DNA from: a virus
Taxonomy: Duplodnaviria > Caudoviricetes
Reading direction: 5' to 3' (one strand)
Virus record (IMG/VR): IMGVR_UViG_3300021375_000006
Length of the DNA: 64,000 nucleotides
Shown here: piece after piece, positions 1-9,847 of the stretch
Layout of the letters: the number at the start of each line of letters is the position of its first letter
Position numbering within the stretch: the first letter of the stretch is position 1
Position numbers and translations under genes: made by a program
The notes under the pieces: model-generated
Database searches by the model: none
What the model was told of the DNA's origin: nothing
What the model saw: the letters and a program-made list of their open reading frames with translations, nothing else

Positions 1-503
1 GGATGTTCCAGCTTATTATTATTTATCCTTTCAGATTCATTTAATTTAATAAATGTATAATTAGCCATCATTTTATTAGTTAAAGGTCTCTTACTATCAA
101 TAATTGATAACGGAGCCATTAAACCAATATCATAGATGTCTTTGTTAGACAAGAAGCCTTTATTATAGTCACTGACTATCACTAGGTCATACCCCTCTAA
201 GTAGGTTAGGTCTTTATCAAATGTAGAAATCTGCTCTTCACCCTCATCGTATCTGATGAACATGTGGTTAGATTTCTTTTCTACGAATCTTGTTTTTGTA
301 ATCTGTTCTGATTGAGTCCATAACTCAATATTGGCATCGGGGGCAATAGCCAAGCAATTAGCCATTGTATTGCCTGCCATCCCTGGATTTTCTATAGTTT
401 CTACAGGAGTAATAACAGGTACTGGCGCTTCAGGGGACAGACGTCCCACATTACCGTATATAAATCTATCGGTACAGCTATCTCCTATAATTAATATTTT
501 CAT
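1..503 (-). CDS. HldE/RfaE-like heptose-7-phosphate kinase (PfkB family), runs off left edge
   Basis: Manual translation from ATG at 503 (ATGA overlap with cupin stop): MKILIIGDSCTDRFIYGNVGRLSPEAPVPVI...GMAGN...KTRF...SDYNKG...IIDSK; matches the HldE kinase motifs RxSPEAPVP, GxAGN and SDYxKG. Confidence 0.85.
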   Translation of the reverse strand, partial: MKILIIGDSCTDRFIYGNVGRLSPEAPVPVITPVETIENPGMAGNTMANCLAIAPDANIELWTQSEQITKTRFVEKKSNHMFIRYDEGEEQISTFDKDLTYLEGYDLVIVSDYNKGFLSNKDIYDIGLMAPLSIIDSKRPLTNKMMANYTFIKLNESERINNNKLEH

Positions 504-865
504 CCTTGGGAATCTCCTTTGCGAATTCTGTAGCTATCTTCATCGAAGTGTTGTGTTGATACTTCAAATATTTCTGAGCCATCTTCTAGTGCTACTAACT
601 GATGTGGTTGGCCTCTTTCAATGGTGATACATGCACCTTCTTTTACTATTGTAGAATCTTCTACTGCACCTTCGGTATCAATCCAGATATATTCAAATGA
701 ACCCTTACCAACATACCAAGACTCTTTCTTAATAATATGATAATGCATTGAGAATCTACTACCCTTCTTATGAAATCTTAGTAATTTTCCACAATACTCT
801 TCGTCGTTGTGAATCCAAATCTCTTCGCCCCATGCTTTAGGTACTATTTTAGGTTGTACTATCAT
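500..865 (-). CDS. Cupin-domain protein (sugar-phosphate isomerase-like)
   Basis: VPKAWGEEIWI, SMHYH..K.ESW, GQPHQL, EVST cupin motifs. Confidence 0.8.
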   Translation of the reverse strand: MIVQPKIVPKAWGEEIWIHNDEEYCGKLLRFHKKGSRFSMHYHIIKKESWYVGKGSFEYIWIDTEGAVEDSTIVKEGACITIERGQPHQLVALEDGSEIFEVSTQHFDEDSYRIRKGDSQG

Positions 866-1581
866 AATTCTTCTATTCTTTTTGCTTTGTCATCAATAAC
901 CAAGTCAAAGCTGGGTTTTGTTTCTAAACCTGACTCAGACCAACCCACCACTAAGTTATTGTACTTACATCCCCATTCATTGAGTTGTGCCGTTGTCAAA
1001 TTAGTTAAATCTCTTTTTGAATGACCACCTCTAGCTGTCCAATATGTAATATGCCAGCCAGCTTCATATAGTTTATTTATTTTGCTTATATTAGTCGCAT
1101 TAGGTTTAGCATTTTGATATACTCTTTTACCCTCGTAGAAACAAATGGTTTCATCTATATCAACGTATGCCTTCTTTTGATCAGTATTATATAATTTGCT
1201 TTCTAGTACCTCAGTGGTCGAGTAGTCGCCTATTCGATCAAAGAAAACTACTTCACCAGCATGTTCTGCGCCTACGATTTCTTTGCCCTTCCAATCAGAG
1301 CCCACTACCATTACATCTGGTTTGAATTTAGCCACTAGATCAATTAGACCCTGTTTAGTATCAAAGGTCTCTACTAGATCAATATATTGAATGGATTCTA
1401 GAGCGAACTTTCTATCCTCTAGTTTATTATGAGGTCTATCTGGGCCCTTTGCCCTAGCCACCTTTTCGTCTGAGTCAATGCCTACAATAACTTTATCGCC
1501 TAATTCACTGGCAAATTTAAAGAGCTCAAAGTGACCTCTATGTAGAACATCAAAACATCCATTAACCCAAACTCTTTTCAT
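862..1581 (-). CDS. Sugar-phosphate nucleotidyltransferase (HldE/RfaE domain II-like) fused to HAD-like phosphatase
   Basis: N-term NGCFDVLHRGH (HxGH), VVGSDW, YSTT; C-term YVDIDETIC (DxD), YWTARG, IDDKA. Confidence 0.85.
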   Translation of the reverse strand: MKRVWVNGCFDVLHRGHFELFKFASELGDKVIVGIDSDEKVARAKGPDRPHNKLEDRKFALESIQYIDLVETFDTKQGLIDLVAKFKPDVMVVGSDWKGKEIVGAEHAGEVVFFDRIGDYSTTEVLESKLYNTDQKKAYVDIDETICFYEGKRVYQNAKPNATNISKINKLYEAGWHITYWTARGGHSKRDLTNLTTAQLNEWGCKYNNLVVGWSESGLETKPSFDLVIDDKAKRIEEL

Positions 1582-1616
1582 ATCTCTGCATTTACAGGGT
1601 TTATATGGTTAAAAAC

Positions 1617-2540
1617 CTAATTGTTTCCTCTAGAACCTGAAGATCTGCTGCGTGAATTACTACTTGAAGAAGAACTAGAACGTCTAGTAGGTGGAGGTGT
1701 TGTAGATCTAACGTTATTAGTACTTCTATTGTTAACGTTATTTGGTACTCTAGGTTTCCAGTTATTGTTTCTTGTATTATTAGGATTTACTCTAATATTA
1801 TTGTTATTATCATTAGGTCTTCTATAGATTCTTACAGTCTCACCATTATCTCTAATGATTACATTATTATCCGGGTTAATTCTAGGATTATTGTATGATC
1901 TTACTGTACGAGTATTATTACTATTAGTTCTACGTCTATTAACATTAGACTCAATTGTAGAATTAGTTCTATTAGAGACTATGCTACTACCTCTTCTACC
2001 ATTTACATAAACGGTATTGGGTCTATTTCTATGTTGCCATGCATAGTTGTTCATTCTCCATCTCCAGTTCCAGTCATTGTAATATCCATTCCAGCCATAG
2101 TAACTATTCCAACCCCAGCCCCAGTGAGCATTGCCCATCCAGTTATTATATCCCCATCTATCATATCCAAATAGTGACCATCTATGTGGTGTGAAACCCC
2201 ATACCCAGTCATTCCACATTTGATCTCTATTCCAGTAGTAGCCATAATAAGGGCTGTTCCAACCATATCTAGTACCTAATAATCTATTATTCCAATCAAA
2301 TGATCTAGGTTGACTTAGAGCATATTGTGCAAAGTCATATCTAAATTGAAAATCTGTTCTTAATCTATTTCTAAATTGAAATTCATTTAGGGTATCAATA
2401 GCTACATCATCTGAAACCACTATATAATTTTCATCATCATATATTGGGTCATAATTAAGTGTTGATACGTGCCAGTTAACTCCACATGATGTTAATAAAA
2501 CTAGTGATAGAATTGTAAGTAATCTTTTAAGTGTTTTCAT
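1617..2540 (-). CDS. Bacteroidota-type lipoprotein with W/Y/G/N-rich core and R/S/N-rich tail
   Basis: Lipobox LLTSC at residue ~18; low-complexity composition. Confidence 0.7.
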   Translation of the reverse strand: MKTLKRLLTILSLVLLTSCGVNWHVSTLNYDPIYDDENYIVVSDDVAIDTLNEFQFRNRLRTDFQFRYDFAQYALSQPRSFDWNNRLLGTRYGWNSPYYGYYWNRDQMWNDWVWGFTPHRWSLFGYDRWGYNNWMGNAHWGWGWNSYYGWNGYYNDWNWRWRMNNYAWQHRNRPNTVYVNGRRGSSIVSNRTNSTIESNVNRRRTNSNNTRTVRSYNNPRINPDNNVIIRDNGETVRIYRRPNDNNNNIRVNPNNTRNNNWKPRVPNNVNNRSTNNVRSTTPPPTRRSSSSSSSNSRSRSSGSRGNN

Positions 2541-2554
2541 ATATTTGTTTTATG

Positions 2555-2878
2555 TTATTTTTCTTTGTATTCCTGAAATGCTTCACTATTTGGTAGATCT
2601 TTCTCTATTTGTAAAGACCATAGTGAGCTATTTGGGACTACGAACTTTCTTCCATGGCCATAAACATAAAACGTAGTTTTCCAAATAGTTTGTCTAACTA
2701 TTCTTGCTTTCTTTGTACCTTTAATATAGACTACGTCATCTATATCAAAATCAGTACCCATCAAAAACTTCATACCGCTAAAAAAGTTGGCTATTGCATC
2801 TTTAAATGCTAAACCAGCTAAAGCAGCGATTGTTAACCAACCCCATTCTCCAATATACTGTGATAATAACTCTTCCAC
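2555..2878 (-). CDS. Minimal MscS (mechanosensitive channel)-like membrane protein
   Basis: TM helix then AFKDAIANFFSG...FDIDDVVYI...TTF...VPNS, resembling MscS TM3 and beta domain. Confidence 0.6.
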   Translation of the reverse strand: MEELLSQYIGEWGWLTIAALAGLAFKDAIANFFSGMKFLMGTDFDIDDVVYIKGTKKARIVRQTIWKTTFYVYGHGRKFVVPNSSLWSLQIEKDLPNSEAFQEYKEK

Positions 2879-3372
2879 TATATTAATCCTTTGTTTGTTA
2901 GATTCTGCAGTAAACTGTATTGACTAATCATTACATGTTTTACCGCTTCATCTCTATTCATAAATACAGCTCGGTCTACTTCTTTTAACTGTAGTTGGCC
3001 CTTAGGAATTTCTAATCCTTTCAGACCGATTTCCGCTAGATCTTTTATCTCTACAATATAGTAGTGTACAACCTTGTTATATTTGTACTTTCTACTGGTA
3101 ACTGTAAACGTAAAAGCATCTTTATTGATTAAAGATTTAGGTACTTTAATACCAAACTCTTCTCTAGTCTCTCTGATTGCTGCATCTAAAATTGATTCTC
3201 CTTCATCAATTCCACCCTTTGAAATACCATACGATGCTAGCTTCTTTCTGCCAGTGCTATGTCCTAATAGAACTTTGCCATCATGTACAATGGCCAAACC
3301 TGCAGACCGTCTCTCTTCCAGAAACTTCTTAGCCTCGTTAATATAGTTATCAAAGTTTGCAATTCTTTTCAT
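2878..3372 (-). CDS. NUDIX hydrolase
   Basis: Nudix box GGIDEGESILDAAIRETREEFGI. Confidence 0.9.
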   Translation of the reverse strand: MKRIANFDNYINEAKKFLEERRSAGLAIVHDGKVLLGHSTGRKKLASYGISKGGIDEGESILDAAIRETREEFGIKVPKSLINKDAFTFTVTSRKYKYNKVVHYYIVEIKDLAEIGLKGLEIPKGQLQLKEVDRAVFMNRDEAVKHVMISQYSLLQNLTNKGLI

Positions 3373-3662
3373 TATTTACTTTCTTCGTCGATCCTTTTAA
3401 TTTCTTCTTGTAGTTCGTGTATTCTCCATTCAAAGTCGAATAACTCTTGTCTACTTATTCTGTTATTTTTAAAAGATCGTTGTGCTCTCTTGTATTCTTG
3501 CGTTAATCTTTTTAATTCTTTTTGAAGAGAAGATCTAGCCTGGCCCGCTTGACTTGCCGTGACATTAAATTCTTTCTTTCTTGGGTTTGTTGTTCTCTGC
3601 TTGGGTGTAACCACCATATCGAAGTCCGAGAACAATGTTAGGAATTTATCAACGTTGTCCAT
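3372..3662 (-). CDS. Hypothetical coiled-coil protein
   Basis: ORF in operon context, preceded by GATATATA motif. Confidence 0.6.
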   Translation of the reverse strand: MDNVDKFLTLFSDFDMVVTPKQRTTNPRKKEFNVTASQAGQARSSLQKELKRLTQEYKRAQRSFKNNRISRQELFDFEWRIHELQEEIKRIDEESK

Positions 3663-3711
3663 TTCTTGAGCGTTTTATTTGAGTAGGTTGCCCCCTACAT
3701 AGTATATATCG

Positions 3712-4311
3712 TTATTTGATAAGAAACTCCCAGAACGAACGCCCAGTAGTATCTTCATTAGGAAAGTCAAACGATAAAGTTCTCTCCTTACCATTTTCAG
3801 TCCAGGTAATAGACTTAACAAAACTAGCAGGTATTCTAGCAGGATCTGAATTAGTTGTCCATTTATCTGAGAAGAATAATTCAATTCTAACTTCAATATC
3901 ATCGTAGATACCTGAAAGGTTTCTCTCGAATCTCTCTAGTGCAGCCCAGGCACCTCTATTTAGTCCCTGGTGTTGTAATGCACAGTTTGCATAACTAAAT
4001 GTTTCTTTTAACCATTTTTCAGAACATGCGAAAGTATTTGCTGGAGCCATGTGCCCCTTATCATATACATTAGCACTATAATCTGAACTAGAAGAACCAT
4101 TTAAACCAGGATAGGCTTTAAATGAAATCCCATCTCTATCATAAGTAGGTGATTCTGGTTTACAGAAGATAGTGTATTCAACAATCATTGGTTGTTGGTA
4201 TTCCTCATTGTATATAGATGTGTATATGTCTGTTTTAATTTCTTTAGTTTGCGCAAAAGCCACAATGTTAAAGAAGATTAAACAAAATATGATTGATATT
4301 AATTTTTTCAT
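3712..4311 (-). CDS. Secreted DNA/RNA non-specific endonuclease (NucA/EndG-like)
   Basis: Signal peptide; YDKGHMAPA (DRGH-type) and N..LQ..GLNRGAW..LE motifs. Confidence 0.9.
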   Translation of the reverse strand: MKKLISIIFCLIFFNIVAFAQTKEIKTDIYTSIYNEEYQQPMIVEYTIFCKPESPTYDRDGISFKAYPGLNGSSSSDYSANVYDKGHMAPANTFACSEKWLKETFSYANCALQHQGLNRGAWAALERFERNLSGIYDDIEVRIELFFSDKWTTNSDPARIPASFVKSITWTENGKERTLSFDFPNEDTTGRSFWEFLIK

Positions 4312-4532
4312 TTTAATAAAGGTCTTAAATAATTATTAATTTTTGCTAAAACATAAGAAGATTCATTTCTAGTTGGATAACATGCATCCCATAAAGATTG
4401 TTTTGGAAAATCAGGATCGTCTTGTGTTTTAGCCCACTTTTTTGCAGCTTCAAAATCTACAACTGACCAGCCAAACTCTCTTGTAGGAGTGGCTACAAAA
4501 CCTCTCTTAATTTTTCTTATTAGTTTTTTCAT
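4308..4532 (-). CDS. Hypothetical protein
   Basis: ORF overlapping neighbours in operon. Confidence 0.55.
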   Translation of the reverse strand: MKKLIRKIKRGFVATPTREFGWSVVDFEAAKKWAKTQDDPDFPKQSLWDACYPTRNESSYVLAKINNYLRPLLK

Positions 4533-4737
4533 CTTTCTTAGTTTTTATTTTTGGTTCGCTAATTATTTTAACGTAACTATCTTTTGCTTTTTTAACACAC
4601 TTTGCACAAAATGGTGTATAATAACCCACTTCATCCGGTTTAGCCCAGTTGCCTGACTTACCGACTGTGTACATTTCTTTATCTGGAAAGTCGCCCAAAC
4701 AATTTGAGCATACTGTCATTCTTACAGCTCTAGGCAT
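4507..4737 (-). CDS. Small CxxC...CxxC zinc-binding protein
   Basis: CSNC and CAKC motifs. Confidence 0.55.
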   Translation of the reverse strand: MPRAVRMTVCSNCLGDFPDKEMYTVGKSGNWAKPDEVGYYTPFCAKCVKKAKDSYVKIISEPKIKTKKDEKTNKKN

Positions 4738-5638
4738 CTCTCTGTTCTTTTATCCATTGTAGAACATTAACACTAGGCCTCCACTCTAACATCTGTGTAA
4801 TTAATGATATATCTGCTCTCGATCTTTTCGGTTCTTCTCGCTCTTCGATATGTACAATCTCACCACCGAATTGCTCTGCTATTTCTAGAATTTCAGTCTC
4901 TTCACCATAGGCAACGTTCCAGATCGGCATTGACTCAAATCCACCATTAGGTCTGGTTAGTGCTGCAAAACAGGCTTCTACTACATCACCAACATAGACA
5001 AAGTCTCTGGTTTGTCTGCCATCACCTGTGACAGTGATAGGTTGATATGATTCAAACTGTTTCTTAAAGATAGGAATGGCACTAACATAGCCCACGTCGT
5101 CTGGTTGACCTTCTCCAAATACATTAAAGAATCTTAAGGCTGCACATTGAGTATCTATAGTATGATATTGTTCTAATAGAGATTCCATCTCTAGTTTATA
5201 CTCAGCATACGGAGACATTGGTGCTGGAGTAGCCTGTTCGTTGAATGGTATATCTTGGCTATCACCGTAGACTGCGGCCGTTGAGGCTGCAACGATAGAT
5301 TTGGCACCTCTTTCTGTTGCCCATCTAAATACTCTTTCTGAACCACCGAATATACCTCTAAAATACTTCTCCCAATCTTCTAGTGACTCTTGTACTGAAA
5401 CCGGTGAAGCTAGATGTAATACATAGTCTATATTTTTAATATCTGGCATTGGACCGGCTGCAATATCACATTCATAAACCTTTAATCCAGCTGGTAGATT
5501 ACCAGACGGTAGAGTTAAATTCTCTAGTTTACCTGTGTAAAAATTATCAAGTACTGTAACCTGCCATCCACGTTCTAGTGCTTGCCAAACCGCGTGATGT
5601 CCAATAAATCCGGCGCCGCCTGTTATTACTATATGCAT
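4730..5638 (-). CDS. NAD-dependent epimerase/dehydratase (extended SDR)
   Basis: TGGAGFIG, ASTAAVYG, YAEYK, LRFFNVFG, GDGRQTRDFVYV. Confidence 0.92.
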   Translation of the reverse strand: MHIVITGGAGFIGHHAVWQALERGWQVTVLDNFYTGKLENLTLPSGNLPAGLKVYECDIAAGPMPDIKNIDYVLHLASPVSVQESLEDWEKYFRGIFGGSERVFRWATERGAKSIVAASTAAVYGDSQDIPFNEQATPAPMSPYAEYKLEMESLLEQYHTIDTQCAALRFFNVFGEGQPDDVGYVSAIPIFKKQFESYQPITVTGDGRQTRDFVYVGDVVEACFAALTRPNGGFESMPIWNVAYGEETEILEIAEQFGGEIVHIEEREEPKRSRADISLITQMLEWRPSVNVLQWIKEQRDA

Positions 5639-5644
5639 TTTTTA

Positions 5645-5890
5645 TTATTTAGTTCTTCTATTATATAGCTCATCTAAGAGCATTTTGTAAAGTCTTTCAA
5701 CGGAAATAAAAGATTCGCTTAGTTCATTAGTTCTAAATACTGACATATCATATTTACGATTAAGTAACTGGCCCCATGTTTGACCATACTTATCATATTG
5801 ATCTCCCCATTTAAGAGACCAATTAAGATATTCTGCATTTAGCCGTGACCATGATAAATCTAGCTTTTCCATCTTCATACTTCTATCCAA
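5645..5890 (-). CDS. Hypothetical protein
   Basis: ORF filling gap in operon. Confidence 0.55.
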   Translation of the reverse strand: MDRSMKMEKLDLSWSRLNAEYLNWSLKWGDQYDKYGQTWGQLLNRKYDMSVFRTNELSESFISVERLYKMLLDELYNRRTK

Positions 5891-5893
5891 TAA

Positions 5894-6760
5894 TTATACA
5901 AGCCATTCTCTCAAAGTTTCAAAAACCTTTTCAGGAGTAATTGCTTTATGACATTCAAATTCTCTATCAGTATCAGCATGTTTTGGACACCAATACCAAT
6001 TGCTACCATCAAATTTTTCTGTATGCCAACATCCATGACAGACAGATTCATCTGTTATTCTTTTATAGTCCTCTATTGATAGATCAAATTCATTCCAATC
6101 TTTTGTAAAATTAGAAATCATTACTACAGGTTTACCTAAAGCATGTGCTACCCAAGCCAAACCAGACGAAGGTCCAATATAAAACTTAGAATGCCATATC
6201 CAATTAATAACCTCTTTTAAATCTACAAAAACCTTATGGGCCTCTTCAGGCAATCCATTCCAATGTGGAGGTTTACCAAATAGTTCATGGTTTGATAAAC
6301 AAACAGGTGTTGTACCTGTAGTTTTTATCATCTTACATAATTCATTCCAATTAGTAGCAAGAGTTTGACCTTCTCGACCATCTGTAGAATTCCAATATTT
6401 TAATTGGGATGTACTATGAACACCAAACGTAACATAAGGTTGTTCCATTGGCCTATCCTTTAATATACGATCTATTTTAGGTCTAATATATGCTGGGTTT
6501 TCAAAACCTAATTGCTCTGCATAACCAGCTTGAATAGCTTTATCAAATTTATACCATATTCTAATAATATCTTCCTCTTGCCAACCATCTAACGTATCAG
6601 TAAAAAGAATACTTGGATAACTCCACTTAAATAAATCTTTAAAAATAAGATTAGTCTTAACTGTAACTGGAGTATCATGCTGTTCAGACCATAGTTGAAC
6701 ATAGGGTAATGCAGCAACCAGATCTCCTAATGAATGGCTATTTAAGTCAATTAGTTTCAT
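5894..6760 (-). CDS. TibC/Aah-like (GT9-related) heptosyltransferase
   Basis: SLGD N-term; IGPSSGLAWVAHALGKPVVMISNF; four-Cys finger VCHGCW...WCP...FEC. Confidence 0.8.
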   Translation of the reverse strand: MKLIDLNSHSLGDLVAALPYVQLWSEQHDTPVTVKTNLIFKDLFKWSYPSILFTDTLDGWQEEDIIRIWYKFDKAIQAGYAEQLGFENPAYIRPKIDRILKDRPMEQPYVTFGVHSTSQLKYWNSTDGREGQTLATNWNELCKMIKTTGTTPVCLSNHELFGKPPHWNGLPEEAHKVFVDLKEVINWIWHSKFYIGPSSGLAWVAHALGKPVVMISNFTKDWNEFDLSIEDYKRITDESVCHGCWHTEKFDGSNWYWCPKHADTDREFECHKAITPEKVFETLREWLV

Positions 6761-7580
6761 GTAAATAGTTTAAGTAATCTTGTAAACCTTCTTCCAATTG
6801 AAATTCAGGTCTCCATTTTGGCATCCATTTACCTCTATCACTACATGTGAAATACTGATAGCCTTTAGGTATCTTTTCTTCTGGGTGATATTTATATGGT
6901 ATATCCATGATTTCCATCTTCTCTTCAAACTCTCTAGCCTGACCACTACCCACTTCAAACCAATTACCCCACAGATCATCGACAAAGGCTCTAGAGCCAT
7001 TCTTAAATGCAAAGATATTAGCTGATACTACATCTTTAATATAGACAAAATCTCTAAGTGGTTTGTTTCTAAATAGTTTTACTTCTTCTCCAGCTTGGTG
7101 TCTTTTAAACATCTGATATGCAACTGATGCCATTCTACCTTTATCCTCTTCACCTGGACCATATACATTAAAGTATCTTAATGCAATTCCACCGTTCGAG
7201 ATTACATAACCCTCGCCAGCATATTTTGACCAACCATATAGATTAGCTGGATATTCTTTATTTGTACCATAGTTTGCAGCAGAAGAAGAGTAGATTAGTT
7301 TTACCTGATTTTGTTTACATAGATCAGTCAGATATTTTGTCACCTCGTAATTAAGTAACATCATATAATTAACATCTTGCTCTAGTGTATCTGAACATGC
7401 ACCGACATGAAAACAAGCATCTAGTTTTAGTGCAAAGATTTCATTTAGGTTTAACTTCCAGTTATCTTTTAGATCTCTCTCTTCAAATGTAACTACTTCC
7501 CAACCCTGTTTTTCTAATTCTGCCTTTAGGCTTCTACCAATAAATCCTTCCGTACCTGTAACTAATGCTTTCATATCCAA
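6747..7580 (-). CDS. hldD: ADP-L-glycero-D-manno-heptose 6-epimerase
   Basis: TGTEGFIG, FHVGACSDT, YSSSAANYG, YGWSK, RYFNVYGPGE..KGRMASVA. Confidence 0.88.
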   Translation of the reverse strand: MDMKALVTGTEGFIGRSLKAELEKQGWEVVTFEERDLKDNWKLNLNEIFALKLDACFHVGACSDTLEQDVNYMMLLNYEVTKYLTDLCKQNQVKLIYSSSAANYGTNKEYPANLYGWSKYAGEGYVISNGGIALRYFNVYGPGEEDKGRMASVAYQMFKRHQAGEEVKLFRNKPLRDFVYIKDVVSANIFAFKNGSRAFVDDLWGNWFEVGSGQAREFEEKMEIMDIPYKYHPEEKIPKGYQYFTCSDRGKWMPKWRPEFQLEEGLQDYLNYLHETN

Positions 7581-9847
7581 TTATCTTGTTTTAATTTTTG
7601 CCAAACATATTCTGGTGTAATTGTTTTTGTACATTCAAAATGTCTAGGTGTATCTTTGTGTTCTGGACACCAGTTCCAGTCACCTCTATCAAATACACGA
7701 TAGGTCCAACAGCCTGAACATACATTTGTATTAATAATTCTAATAGCTGGTTCAAATTCAATAAAAGACCAAGTAAATCCACTAATTAAACAGACTTTTA
7801 CGTCTAATGCCCATGCTAACCAGCTTAAACCAGAACCAATACCAATAAAATAACCACTGGCTCTCATCTGTTGACCTACTTTAAAAAGAGAAGATTCAGA
7901 ACCATCTGATACTCTTTCTATATTCTGTAAATGAGTAGTTTCTTTTGAACAATAATGTACATCCCAGTTTTGTGTTTTAAATTCATTTATTAAATCTTGC
8001 CAACCAGTTGGATGTTGCCATTCTTTAGCACCAGCAGTTCCTCGAGGGCCAATACAAACTGATGAATTATCTTTATCTTCTATTAAAGTATTTTGATAAA
8101 ATATAGGTGCCATCTTAGGTTTACGTTCCATATAAAAGATTCCTAAACGATCAGCTGCAATCGCACCAATCGGAACTGTTCTCCAATCTCTCTTATGCTT
8201 ATGTTTTACTGAAGGTTGATTATCTTCTTGATAAACACCTAAAGTCTGCCAATTCTGTGGCCAATATTCATGTGGAGAAACTGGTATAATACCTATCTTC
8301 CTATAATAACTCCAATCAAATAAATCTTGATGGTATAACCTAACATAAATAGTATCGTAATCTCTTTGTTGTTTTAGTTCTTCTACTTGACCCATCCAAC
8401 TAATTGTATCTCCTAATGAACTAGACTCGAATTGAATACCTATTTCCCTTTCTTCTGGTTTTAATACCTGTACTATTTGATTAGTTTTTTTCTTAACAAT
8501 ACGGCATTCCCATCTTTCATACCAATCCATTGCGTAGCGAGACCATAAATTTTCAAATAGATCTACCTTTAGATACATTTTATCTTTTAGCCAAAATTGA
8601 GCCTCGTATGATTTATCTTCAGGTGCCCAATCACAATGTAGTTCTGGTCCTGATCTATGATAAAATCTACAAATAGGTTTATTACCAACTCTATCTATAG
8701 TATATCTAAATTGCCTAAAGAAAGAATACCAATTACCATCAGGCCATAGTCGCTCTGTTTGATTAATAAGTATATTTGTCCATTCGTTTAAATCATACTC
8801 TGTAGTTTTAACTTGAGTGGCATCATTAAAAACCAACATACTAAATCTTTGAAAATCATTACCTACTTTACTAGGAATTGAGCTTAAATTATCATTAGCC
8901 CAAGCTACGATTATATTATTATGTGGTTGGTTAAATTTAATATTTTTACTTGGATATAAAAAATTAATTTTATCCTTTTGTTGTTGTGTAATCTCAGTTT
9001 CAGTATAAACAGAGAACTCTTTTATATCATTTAACCATTCACATGCCTGGATAGCAGAAGTAATATGCCAAACATCTTCATATAAAAATAAAGTATTATG
9101 TGGTTTTGATGATTCGATAAGAGGTTTTGCATTAATATTAAATTCTGCATGTTCTTGTTCTGTCATACTACCAGAGTCAGAACCTGGCCTTCTAACGTAC
9201 GTATATAAATTTCTAGGTATATGTACATGTTTACCTCTTGCTGTATTGTAGAATAAAAAGAATGTATCTGTGGATGTTTTGCACTCTTTAACAATAGGTA
9301 ATTTACTAACATCTGGTTTACGCATTGCTCGACCATGGCCAAACATTTTTTGAGTATTTCTATTTGAATAGATTTCCCAAAATTCTGAATTATGTCTAAA
9401 ATTCCACTCTAGGGCAAGATCGTCTGCTGGTTGTACTAATGACCATTGTTCTAAATCTCCATCAGGTGTTGTTTGAAAATAATCTGAAAATATAGAATAG
9501 ACTTGTGGATACGCTTGAAAATGATTATCATATATTTCAAATAATTCTTTATCTAAAATATCATCCGTATCTAAATCAAAATAGTAATCATATTCTAAAT
9601 GTTGAAATGTATTTTGGTATAAATAAAGTTCTCTTCTATTTTCTAAATGATAATAAATAATTCTTTTATCATTTAATTCTTCAACTCTCTTTCTTAATCT
9701 ACGTCTAAACTCAGGATCTTTAGATCCATCATCAGCTACGATTAATAACCAATCATTATGTGTTTGTTTTAATACATTATCGAATGTCAAGTCGATATGT
9801 TCGTCTGGATTATTATGAAAACTGGCTACTGCTAAAAACCTACCCAT
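7571..9847 (-). CDS. GT2 glycosyltransferase fused to TibC/Aah-like heptosyltransferase
   Basis: N-term IVADDGS and DLDTDD (GT2 DxD); C-term SSSLGDTISW, IGIGSGLSWLAWAL, VCSGCW...WCP...FEC. Confidence 0.8.
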   Translation of the reverse strand: MGRFLAVASFHNNPDEHIDLTFDNVLKQTHNDWLLIVADDGSKDPEFRRRLRKRVEELNDKRIIYYHLENRRELYLYQNTFQHLEYDYYFDLDTDDILDKELFEIYDNHFQAYPQVYSIFSDYFQTTPDGDLEQWSLVQPADDLALEWNFRHNSEFWEIYSNRNTQKMFGHGRAMRKPDVSKLPIVKECKTSTDTFFLFYNTARGKHVHIPRNLYTYVRRPGSDSGSMTEQEHAEFNINAKPLIESSKPHNTLFLYEDVWHITSAIQACEWLNDIKEFSVYTETEITQQQKDKINFLYPSKNIKFNQPHNNIIVAWANDNLSSIPSKVGNDFQRFSMLVFNDATQVKTTEYDLNEWTNILINQTERLWPDGNWYSFFRQFRYTIDRVGNKPICRFYHRSGPELHCDWAPEDKSYEAQFWLKDKMYLKVDLFENLWSRYAMDWYERWECRIVKKKTNQIVQVLKPEEREIGIQFESSSLGDTISWMGQVEELKQQRDYDTIYVRLYHQDLFDWSYYRKIGIIPVSPHEYWPQNWQTLGVYQEDNQPSVKHKHKRDWRTVPIGAIAADRLGIFYMERKPKMAPIFYQNTLIEDKDNSSVCIGPRGTAGAKEWQHPTGWQDLINEFKTQNWDVHYCSKETTHLQNIERVSDGSESSLFKVGQQMRASGYFIGIGSGLSWLAWALDVKVCLISGFTWSFIEFEPAIRIINTNVCSGCWTYRVFDRGDWNWCPEHKDTPRHFECTKTITPEYVWQKLKQDNWI

